This document shows, one piece after another, positions 1-7,705 of a DNA stretch of 35,886 nt (position 1 is its first letter; the number at the start of each line of letters is the position of its first letter). Below the pieces are notes generated by a model. It was not told where the DNA came from. It did no database searches and saw only the letters and a list, made by a program, of their open reading frames with translations. A program made the translations under genes and the position numbers. The stretch comes from an uncultured Gammaproteobacteria bacterium (GTDB lineage: Bacteria; Patescibacteriota; Microgenomatia; UBA1406; GWC2-37-13): positions 1 through 35,886 of the forward strand of contig CAYZAZ010000005.1 in assembly GCA_964476545.1 (NCBI GenBank), read 5' to 3'.

Positions 1-16
1 ATCCCTAACTACTAAT

Positions 17-847
17 TTAATGGTGCTTTGTCACCGCCATACTAATAAATACTGCACTCAACATTGAAAAAACCAGCGCCTGAACTAAACCAACAAATAT
101 TTCCAAAAGTAAAAAAGGGAAAGAAGCGGCGACTGGAATCAAAAAGGCAACAATTGTCAAAAGCACTTCCCCAGCAAAAATATTACCAAAAAGTCGAAAT
201 GAAAATGACAAAACTTTTGAAATCTCAGAAACAATTTCCAGAATTCCAACAAAAAAATTAATTGGATTAGAAAAATCCAAAAATTTCTTAATATAGGTTC
301 CAAAACCTAAATATTTAACACCAAAATATTGAATGGAAGTTACTGAAACCAATCCCAAAACTAAAGTTGTATTTAAATCAGCATTATTACCCCGAAGCAA
401 GGGAACGGTTAATTCTTTTCCGTGTTCGACAATTTTAATCATAATACTGCCCACTCCAGGCAATAACCCAAACCAGTTATTAAATAAAACAAACAAAAAA
501 TAAGCACCAAGAAGGGGGAAAAAATATTCAGTTTTTTCCTTCAAGACCGAATAAAAAATATCATAAATACTTTTTATGATCATGTTAAAAAAATAGAAAA
601 AACCAGATTTTTTCCTTAAGGCTACCTCTTTTGAATATTTAAGAGCGAGAAGAAAAAAAACAATTAAAACAATTACTGCGGTAAATAAGCTGTTAGTTAC
701 TTTAAAGTTACCAAGATGAAAAATAGGTTCGGCCTTAATACTTATTTCAGGAAATCCAGATTTATGTTCTTTAGTTGGTGATTCAATTTCGATTTGTTTT
801 TCTGAAATTGAATTTGAAGTATTCGTAATTTCTTTAAACTCAGACAT
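17..847 (-). CDS. atpB: F0F1 ATP synthase subunit a
   Basis: 276-aa polytopic membrane ORF with the subunit-a signature around the essential Arg (LSFSFRLFGNIFAGEVLL). ATG start, TAA stop. Sits immediately downstream of an AtpZ/AtpI-like gene. Confidence 0.9.
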   Translation of the reverse strand: MSEFKEITNTSNSISEKQIEIESPTKEHKSGFPEISIKAEPIFHLGNFKVTNSLFTAVIVLIVFFLLALKYSKEVALRKKSGFFYFFNMIIKSIYDIFYSVLKEKTEYFFPLLGAYFLFVLFNNWFGLLPGVGSIMIKIVEHGKELTVPLLRGNNADLNTTLVLGLVSVTSIQYFGVKYLGFGTYIKKFLDFSNPINFFVGILEIVSEISKVLSFSFRLFGNIFAGEVLLTIVAFLIPVAASFPFLLLEIFVGLVQALVFSMLSAVFISMAVTKHH

Positions 848-854
848 TTTATTT

Positions 855-1124
855 TCAAGAATTTTTAGTTAACCGTCCTAGATTGTAAATAGTACTAAAA
901 AAACCAAAAAAAATCAACAGTAATGTAAAAATATTTCTGGTATTAAATTGTTTATCCAGATATAAACCAACTGGAATAGCAATAATTAAAGGCGCCACAA
1001 TATAAAAACCCACATTTAATAAATAAGCCGGCAAAGGCAAAGATTTTTTTTTAATTTTTGAATTTTCTAATTTTAAATCTGTTGCCTTTAATTCAAAATC
1101 AGTCCCAATCTTATAATTTCCCAT
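855..1124 (-). CDS. AtpZ/AtpI-family small membrane protein (putative ATP synthase accessory protein)
   Basis: 89 aa with two predicted TM helices. The GLYLDKQFNT...FTLLLIFFGF pattern resembles the AtpZ/AtpI family. Positioned 7 nt upstream of atpB. Confidence 0.6.
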   Translation of the reverse strand: MGNYKIGTDFELKATDLKLENSKIKKKSLPLPAYLLNVGFYIVAPLIIAIPVGLYLDKQFNTRNIFTLLLIFFGFFSTIYNLGRLTKNS

Positions 1125-1132
1125 AGACTTTG

Positions 1133-1156
1133 CTAATCACTAACCACTAATCACTA
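1133..1156. repeat. Tandem heptamer array CTAATCA CTAACCA CTAATCA CTA
   Basis: Same heptamer as at 7635-7662. Lies between the dnaE stop and the atpZ-like start. Confidence 0.7.
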
Positions 1157-4100
1157 TTTTAACTGTACCGCATTATCCACCAACACACTCAATTTATCTT
1201 CCCGGTTACTAACTTTTCCTTTTAAAATTATCACATTATTAATACCAATAAATGTTTTGAGTTTTGTAAATATTTTTGGGAATATTACACATTCGATAGA
1301 TCCAGTCTCATCGAAGATTGTTAAAAAAGCCATTTCATGATTGTCCTTTTTTGTCTTTATAATTTTCTTATTGCTGATTAAACCAACTAAAATAACATCT
1401 TTTTTATCATCTTCAATATTTACCTCACCAATTTTTTTAGTTGATTTTTTGGCAATGATGTCTTTAAATTTGTCTAAAGGATTTTTGGTAATCAAAAAAC
1501 CAATTACCTCCTTTTCCATATTATAAATGTCATCTTCAGGAAAATCAGCCATTTTCTCAAAATTATCTTGAAAAACAGAGGCAGTAATGCTTTGCTGAAA
1601 CAAACCAAACTGACCTTTTTCTTTATCATCTTTTAGGGAAGCAATATCCCTTACAAAAATGGGGTAATGATGCATTAATGTGGCTCTATTGGCAAATCCC
1701 GAAAAAGCACTCGCTTTTACTAAACTTTCAATGGTTTTTTTATTTACCCTTCTTAAATCTACCTTAAATAAAAAGTCCTTAAAACTTGTAAAGGATCCGG
1801 CTTTTCTCGATTCCATAATTGAATCAATTGCCGCCTCACCAACATTTTTAATCGCCGAGAGTCCAAATCTAATACCATCATTTTCAATAGAAAAACTATG
1901 TTCTGATTTATTTATATCTGGCGGGTATACTTTTAATTCCATTCTACGACACTCCTCCAAAGCCTGCGACATTTTAATCTCGCGCATTGGGCCGGCCATT
2001 CCCTGAAGTTCTGCCGAAAGAAGAGCAGTCATAAACTCTACCGGATAATTTGCTTTAACATAGGCTGTCCAATAAGCAATTAATCCATATGAAGCCGAAT
2101 GAGGCTTGTTAAACCCATAAGCCGCAAACTTTTCCATAAAGCTAAAGATATTCTCGGCTAATCCTTTTGAATAACCCTTGACTACACAACCTTTAATAAA
2201 TTTTTCTTTTTCTAACTTCATCAGCGACTTCTTCTTTTTTCCCATGGCCATGCGCAAATTATCGGCCTGACTCATTGTGTACCCAGCTAATTTATTAGCA
2301 ATTTCCATTACTTGCTCCTGATAAACTAAAATACCATAAGTCTCTTCGAGAATTGATTTTAAATCAGGATGCAAATATTTAATTTTCTTTGCATTCTTTT
2401 TACCTTCCAAAAACATCGGGATCAGTTCCATCGGACCCGGTCGATAAAGAGCCACCATAGCAGAAATGTCAGACATTTTATTAGGCTGTAATTCTTTCGC
2501 TAACTTTCGCATTCCCCCAGATTCGAGTTGAAAAACACCCACTGTCGCACCAGAAGCAATTAAATCATAGGCTAATTTATTATCTAAGGGAACATGATGA
2601 ATATCAATTTTTTGCTTTTTGAATTTTTCGACAAATTTCAAAGCTTTTTCTAAGATAGTTAAGTTACGCAGTCCCAAAAAATCCACTTTCAAAAGCCCAA
2701 TGGCTCGGTTATTTGAAACAGCATTCAAATCCAAACAATACATGTCATATTGGGAAATAATTCGTCCTTCTTTTGGCTCTTTTTGCAATGGCACGTAATC
2801 TGTAAGATTTGTATCTGAAATAACCACTCCCGCCGCGTGAACAGAAGAATGCCTTGGTAGGCCTTCAACTTTACGAGCAATATCGAGTACTTTTTTTGTG
2901 TCTTTTTCAGTCTGGTAAGCAAATTTAAGCTGTGATGATTCTTCAATTGCTTGAGAAATTGTCATATTAAAACCTTGCTTGCCAGGAGGAATCATTTTTG
3001 CCAACCGATCTCCTTGGGAGTATGACATTCCCAGTGCTCGGGTCACGTCACGTACCGCCAATCTTGCCTCCATTTTTCCGAAAGTAATAATTTGGGCTAC
3101 TTTATCGTCTCCATATTTATTGGTCACGTATTTAAGTACTTCATCACGGCGAATATCAGCAAAATCAATATCAATATCTGGTGGAGTTGGCCGATCTGGG
3201 TTTAAAAAACGTTCAAAGGGCAGATTATATTCCAAAGGATTAATATCGGTAATCCCTAAAACATAAGCCACTAATGAGCCAGCGACAGAACCTCTACCTG
3301 GTCCAACACCAATCTCGTGATTTTTCGCCCAGTTTACAAAATCCTGAACAATTAAAAAATAGGTGCTATAACCTTTACTAATAATAATTTTTAACTCATA
3401 ATCTAGTCTTTTATCAACAACTGATTGGTCATATTGAGAAAGTCTTTTTTTTGTTTGTGTAACCAACTCTTTAAGATATATTTCTGCAGTTTGGCCTTTT
3501 GGTGTGGTAAATTTCGGTAAAATCCAATTCCCATAAGGAATCTCCACATTGCATTCGCTAGCAATTTTTAAAGTATTTTCAATTGCTTCTGGCAAATCAA
3601 GAAAATTATTTTTCATTTCATCTGGTGATTTAAAATAAAAATCAGGGACATCAATCATCGACATGGGACGATTTTTTTCAATAATCGCTCTTTGCGTTTG
3701 GATACAGAGCAAGATTTCTTGAGCATAAGCATCTTCCGCATTTAAATAATGTACGTCATTGGTTGCAACAAGCGGGACACCAAATTTACGAGAAAGTTTA
3801 ACTAGTTGTTGATTCACTTTTTCCTGATCTTCGACTTGTGGATGACGTTGAAGTTCTAAATAAAAATCCTTTTCAAAAATAGTTAAATATTTCTTTAATA
3901 TTTTTTCGGCTTCAATATTTTGATTTTGTAAAAGTAGACTCGCAATTTCACCACTCAGACAGGCGGACAAACCAATTAATCCTTCATGATATTTTTCTAG
4001 AAGTTCAAAATCAATTCGGGGTTTGTAATAAAACCCATCCAAATGTGCCGCCGTCACTAATTTTAATAAATTCTTATACCCTTGCAGATTTTTAGCCAAA

Positions 4101-4369
4101 AGAACTAAATGATTTTGGTCACGATCAACTCCCGTTTGCTTATCTAATCGGGAATTCTTGGCTTTATATGTTTCGACCCCAATAATCGGCTTAATGCCAA
4201 TATCTTTGGCGGCTAAAAAAAATTTAAACGCTCCATAAAGTGCCCCATGATCGGTTAAAGCAACTGCTGACATGTTATAAGATTTTGCTTTAGCCACTAA
4301 ATCATCAATTCGACACATACCATCGAGTAAGGAAAATTCTGAATGAGTATGAAGGTGAACAAAAGACAT
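1154..4369 (-). CDS. dnaE: DNA polymerase III alpha subunit
   Basis: 1071 aa. N-terminal PHP motif HLHTHSEFSLLDG, polymerase core motifs (GVGPGRGSVAGSLVAYVLGITDI, DIDIDF, FNKPHSASYG) and a C-terminal OB-fold-like region. Confidence 0.95.
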   Translation of the reverse strand: MSFVHLHTHSEFSLLDGMCRIDDLVAKAKSYNMSAVALTDHGALYGAFKFFLAAKDIGIKPIIGVETYKAKNSRLDKQTGVDRDQNHLVLLAKNLQGYKNLLKLVTAAHLDGFYYKPRIDFELLEKYHEGLIGLSACLSGEIASLLLQNQNIEAEKILKKYLTIFEKDFYLELQRHPQVEDQEKVNQQLVKLSRKFGVPLVATNDVHYLNAEDAYAQEILLCIQTQRAIIEKNRPMSMIDVPDFYFKSPDEMKNNFLDLPEAIENTLKIASECNVEIPYGNWILPKFTTPKGQTAEIYLKELVTQTKKRLSQYDQSVVDKRLDYELKIIISKGYSTYFLIVQDFVNWAKNHEIGVGPGRGSVAGSLVAYVLGITDINPLEYNLPFERFLNPDRPTPPDIDIDFADIRRDEVLKYVTNKYGDDKVAQIITFGKMEARLAVRDVTRALGMSYSQGDRLAKMIPPGKQGFNMTISQAIEESSQLKFAYQTEKDTKKVLDIARKVEGLPRHSSVHAAGVVISDTNLTDYVPLQKEPKEGRIISQYDMYCLDLNAVSNNRAIGLLKVDFLGLRNLTILEKALKFVEKFKKQKIDIHHVPLDNKLAYDLIASGATVGVFQLESGGMRKLAKELQPNKMSDISAMVALYRPGPMELIPMFLEGKKNAKKIKYLHPDLKSILEETYGILVYQEQVMEIANKLAGYTMSQADNLRMAMGKKKKSLMKLEKEKFIKGCVVKGYSKGLAENIFSFMEKFAAYGFNKPHSASYGLIAYWTAYVKANYPVEFMTALLSAELQGMAGPMREIKMSQALEECRRMELKVYPPDINKSEHSFSIENDGIRFGLSAIKNVGEAAIDSIMESRKAGSFTSFKDFLFKVDLRRVNKKTIESLVKASAFSGFANRATLMHHYPIFVRDIASLKDDKEKGQFGLFQQSITASVFQDNFEKMADFPEDDIYNMEKEVIGFLITKNPLDKFKDIIAKKSTKKIGEVNIEDDKKDVILVGLISNKKIIKTKKDNHEMAFLTIFDETGSIECVIFPKIFTKLKTFIGINNVIILKGKVSNREDKLSVLVDNAVQLK

Positions 4370-4375
4370 AAAGAT

Positions 4376-4404
4376 ATCTTAAATTTTAAATGTTAAAACT
4401 CAAA
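4376..4404 (-). promoter_or_regulatory. Candidate promoter of dnaE (TTTGAG-N17-TAAGAT), -10 box 6 nt from the ATG
   Basis: Minus-strand TAAGAT is plus 4376-4381 and TTTGAG is plus 4399-4404. The ATG is at 4369. It lies in a 44-nt module shared with the NUDIX promoter. Confidence 0.4.
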
Positions 4405-4419
4405 ACTACATCTTAAATC
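4376..4419. repeat. 44-nt heptamer-phased module, copy 1 (upstream of dnaE)
   Basis: ATCTTAA ATTTTAA ATGTTAA AACTCAA AACTACA TCTTAAA TC. Confidence 0.65.
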
Positions 4420-4436
4420 AAATTATAAATTCAGAT

Positions 4437-5834
4437 TTAAGATTTAACATGTAGATTTGACATTTGAGCTTTAAGTTTTGAGATAACAATATTGGCGTCA
4501 GCTTGCCCTCTCATCTCTCTCATCACCTGCCCGACTAAAAACATAATTGAATTTACCTTTCCTTTTTTATAATCCTCTACCACTTTTGGATTTTCCTTAA
4601 TTAACTGGTTAATTAAGGAATCCAGTCTCGCCACGTCAGTTTCCTTTGGTTGTAATGAATCCTTAGCTAACTTTATCAATTCTTTTTCAGATAACCTAAT
4701 TGAAATTTTTTTATTAATTATCACATTTACAAATTTTTCTGCAGACAATTTTTCTTTGAGCAAAACTTTAAACAGCTTGTCAATTTTTTCTGCTTCCTCG
4801 ACGGTTTCAAATATTAACTCGGTTAGCTTACGATTAACCTTATAATCTTTTTCCCAACGAATAAAAACTTCATTTAGAGTTTCTGGAACAGTAGATTTTA
4901 TTTCGTTTAACCACAGTTCATCAAACTTAATTGGTGGCAAATCCGGGTCTGGAAAATAACGATAGTCAGCCGCATTTTCCTTTGATCTTTGAACATAAGT
5001 AATATTTTTTTCCGCATTATAGCCCCGCGTCTCTTGATCAGGTAAATTGTTTTCGTCTAAAATTTTTGTTTGCCTGGCAATTTCATATTCAATACCTTTT
5101 TCTAAGTATCGAAATGAATTAATATTTTTAAGCTCAACTTTATATTTAGGTAATATGTCATCGCGAGGAGCGGTAGCGACGTGGCGATCTCCTTGAGATT
5201 GCTTCGCTTCCGCTCGCAATGACACCTTGGCCAAGGATATATTTGCTTCGAGTCTCATCCCCCCCTTCTCCATGTCACAATCTGAAATATCTAAATAACG
5301 AACAATTTGTCTCAATTTTTTCGCATATTCTTTTGCTTGAGCTGAAGAATATATTTCTGGCTCAGTGACAATTTCAACTAAAGGAACACTGGAACGATTA
5401 AAGTCAATTAAGCTCACGTCTTGACCATTTACTTGTTGATGAATTAATTTTCCAGTATCTTCTTCCAAATGAACGCGAGTTATACCAACTGGACCAAAAG
5501 ATGTCTCCACTTTTCCACCATAACAGAATGGTAAATCATACTGCGAAATCTGATAACCTTTAGGCAAATCAGGATAAAAATAATGTTTACGGTCAAATTT
5601 TGAAATTAAATTAATCTTGCAACCTAAAGCCAAACCTAATTTGATTGTCCACTCAATGGCTTTTTTATTGGCCACAGGTAATGCTCCGGGCATTCCCAAA
5701 CAAACTGGACAGGTATAGATATTTGGTTTTTCTGCGTGAAAAGGATCGTTTTTACAACCACAAAACATCTTCGAAGCTGTCTTTAACTCGACATGCACTT
5801 CCATGCCAATAATTGTTTGATATTTTTTATCCAT
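4437..5834 (-). CDS. gatB: Asp/Glu-tRNA amidotransferase subunit B, carrying an in-frame palindromic insertion
   Basis: 465 aa with GatB motifs (GMEVHVEL, CPVCLGMPGALP, ADYRYFPDPDLPP) and a C-terminal GatB/YqeY-like tail. Overlaps the gatA stop by 8 nt. The loop between ANISL and ELKNINSF is about 20 aa longer than I recall for B. subtilis GatB. Confidence 0.95.
   Translation of the reverse strand: MDKKYQTIIGMEVHVELKTASKMFCGCKNDPFHAEKPNIYTCPVCLGMPGALPVANKKAIEWTIKLGLALGCKINLISKFDRKHYFYPDLPKGYQISQYDLPFCYGGKVETSFGPVGITRVHLEEDTGKLIHQQVNGQDVSLIDFNRSSVPLVEIVTEPEIYSSAQAKEYAKKLRQIVRYLDISDCDMEKGGMRLEANISLAKVSLRAEAKQSQGDRHVATAPRDDILPKYKVELKNINSFRYLEKGIEYEIARQTKILDENNLPDQETRGYNAEKNITYVQRSKENAADYRYFPDPDLPPIKFDELWLNEIKSTVPETLNEVFIRWEKDYKVNRKLTELIFETVEEAEKIDKLFKVLLKEKLSAEKFVNVIINKKISIRLSEKELIKLAKDSLQPKETDVARLDSLINQLIKENPKVVEDYKKGKVNSIMFLVGQVMREMRGQADANIVISKLKAQMSNLHVKS
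5157..5223. repeat. GTCATTGCGAG-type palindromic element inside gatB, translated in frame
   Basis: Terminal inverted repeats GTCATCGCGAG (5157-5167) and CTCGCAATGAC (5213-5223). Central stem GCGATCTC-ctt-GAGATTGC. Encodes VSLRAEAKQSQGDRHVATAPRDD. Confidence 0.75.
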
Positions 5835-7248
5835 TATTTTCTAAAATTGTTGGTAATTTTTTATGCCAATCAGTTTCCTGCTGATATAAGTAGCCCATTT
5901 GTAATAGTTCGTTTTCTGCAAATCTTTTACCAATGATCTGCATTCCGACTGGTAATCCCTCGGCAAAGCCGGCAGGAATCGCTAAACTGGGTGCACCCAC
6001 TAAATTAATCGTCACGGTATACAAATCTTCTAAAATATTTTTTAGAGGATCATTTATTAATTCACCAATTTTGGCCGGTAAACTGGGGGAAACTGGCGCC
6101 AGCAAAACATCACACCCTTTCAGGGCGTTTTCATATTCTGCAATCAAAATTGTTCTTAATTTCTGAGCTTTTTTATAAAGTTCGTCAGCATATCCGGCCG
6201 ACAAGGCATAAGTACCCAACAATATTCTTCTTTTTGTTTCCGCAGAAAACAACTCTCTCTGTCCTCCATATCTTATTCCGTCATAGCGACTCAAATTCGA
6301 GCTCGTCTCACTGGGGGCAATCAAATAATATATAGAAACTCCATAAATAAAATGAGGTAAACTAACTTCTCTCACTTCCGCTCCTAATTTTTCAAAAACT
6401 TTGGTGGCTTCAATGATTGTTTCTTTAGCTTTGGGATCAAGACCCTTGCCAAAAAATTCTTTAGGCAAACCAATCACTTTGCCTTTGATTGACTGACCTA
6501 AAAATTGAGAATATTGATCGACCTTCTGATGAGAACTTGTCGAATCCAAATTATCTTTTCCAGCCATAATTTCGAGCAAATAACTCAAGTCTTCAACGGA
6601 TTTAGCCATGGGTCCGATTGTATCCAACGACGAAGCGTAAGCGATTGTTCCCAGTCTCGAAACCCGACCATAAGTAACTTTTAAACCAGAAATACTACAC
6701 ATGCTGGCTGGACTCCGAATAGATCCTCCCGTATCTTCGCCAATCGAAAAAGGAACCATGCGGGTGGAAATGGCAATGGCCGATCCACCAGATGATCCTC
6801 CAGGGATTCTTGACAAATCCCAAGGATTATGGGCTGGTTGATAATCGGTATTTTCAGTGGACCCACCATGACCCCAAGCATCCATATTATTTTTTCCAAT
6901 CAAGATTGATCCTGATTGAATAATTTTTTTAAAAACAGTGGCGCTATATTGGGGTAAATAATCATCAAGAATTTTATTACCGGCTGTCGTGCGAATATTT
7001 TCCGTGCAGTAAGCATCTTTGATTGAAAAAGGCAGGCCAGATACAATTGACGCACTTTCATCTCTTAGTTCATCATTTTTCTCTGCTTCTTTTAAAACAT
7101 CTTTCTTATCTCTAATTGTTATAAAACTATGAAGTTTGCTATCTAATTTTTCCACCTGAGCAAAAGATTCTTTTACTAAGTCCACAGAACTCACTTCCTT
7201 TTTTTTTAGCATTAGTGCCAACTCTTTGATTGATTTGTTAATTAGCAT
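5827..7248 (-). CDS. gatA: Asp/Glu-tRNA amidotransferase subunit A (amidase family)
   Basis: 473 aa with the amidase signature GGSSGGSA and flanking Ser/Gly-rich motif. Lies in gatC-gatA-gatB order. Confidence 0.95.
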   Translation of the reverse strand: MLINKSIKELALMLKKKEVSSVDLVKESFAQVEKLDSKLHSFITIRDKKDVLKEAEKNDELRDESASIVSGLPFSIKDAYCTENIRTTAGNKILDDYLPQYSATVFKKIIQSGSILIGKNNMDAWGHGGSTENTDYQPAHNPWDLSRIPGGSSGGSAIAISTRMVPFSIGEDTGGSIRSPASMCSISGLKVTYGRVSRLGTIAYASSLDTIGPMAKSVEDLSYLLEIMAGKDNLDSTSSHQKVDQYSQFLGQSIKGKVIGLPKEFFGKGLDPKAKETIIEATKVFEKLGAEVREVSLPHFIYGVSIYYLIAPSETSSNLSRYDGIRYGGQRELFSAETKRRILLGTYALSAGYADELYKKAQKLRTILIAEYENALKGCDVLLAPVSPSLPAKIGELINDPLKNILEDLYTVTINLVGAPSLAIPAGFAEGLPVGMQIIGKRFAENELLQMGYLYQQETDWHKKLPTILENNG

Positions 7249-7249
7249 A

Positions 7250-7549
7250 TTAATCGTCTTTTAGAATTTGCGGTACTAAAAAATAACCATTGTGATTACT
7301 TTTACTATTTTTTAAGACTTGCTCCTGGGTAAAAGAAGACGTCACTTCATCCGCCCGAAAAACATTTCCCTCATCCGAAACTCGCGTTGTTTCTTGAATA
7401 TCTTTCACATCCAGATTTTTTATTTCTTCCATATAGCCAATAACCGAGGAAAACTGACCCGTATATTTTTCCACTTCATCATCGGTTAAATTAATCTTCG
7501 CCAGCTTGGCCAAATTTTTTATCAAATCTTTGGAAATAGTATTAGTCAT
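7250..7549 (-). CDS. gatC: Asp/Glu-tRNA amidotransferase subunit C
   Basis: 99 aa, ends 1 nt before the gatA start. GatC-like N-terminus (LAKLAKINLTDDEVEKY). Shine-Dalgarno AAAGGTGA sits 4 nt upstream of the ATG on the minus strand. Confidence 0.85.
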   Translation of the reverse strand: MTNTISKDLIKNLAKLAKINLTDDEVEKYTGQFSSVIGYMEEIKNLDVKDIQETTRVSDEGNVFRADEVTSSFTQEQVLKNSKSNHNGYFLVPQILKDD

Positions 7550-7568
7550 AATTCACCTTTTAACTTGT

Positions 7569-7637
7569 AACACATAGCGCGTAACATATAACTCAGAACT
7601 TTACCCTCCGATTCGGAGGGTTTATAACTTAGAACTA
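7569..7637 (+). repeat. Intergenic repeat element, copy 1 (CACRTAGC heptamers, CCCTCCG hairpin, TAACTTAGAAC)
   Basis: AACACATAGCGCGTAACATATAACTC...CCCTCCGattCGGAGGG...TTTATAACTTAGAACTA aligns with 14539-14618. Confidence 0.7.
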
Positions 7638-7662
7638 ATCACTAATCACTAATCACTAATAA
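7635..7662. repeat. Tandem heptamer array CTAATCA x3 plus CTAATAA
   Basis: Read directly. In phase with the preceding TTTATAA CTTAGAA heptamers. Confidence 0.75.
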
Positions 7663-7705
7663 TTATTCTCCAAACACTTGTCCCATCAAGCCACCGAAAC
7701 TACTT

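Noticed and set aside
64-261. 65-aa plus-strand ORF inside atpB
   Set aside because: It is antisense to a well-supported conserved gene, and its Lys/Gln-rich low-complexity translation is typical of AT-rich antisense frames.
1341-3266. Four short ORFs (1341-1526, 1680-2006, 2725-2946, 2979-3266) within dnaE
   Set aside because: All lie inside the dnaE coding region, either antisense or out of frame. None has a motif or independent support.
5933-6899. Short ORFs 5933-6166, 6150-6335 and 6681-6899 within gatA
   Set aside because: They are shadow ORFs of a conserved amidase gene.
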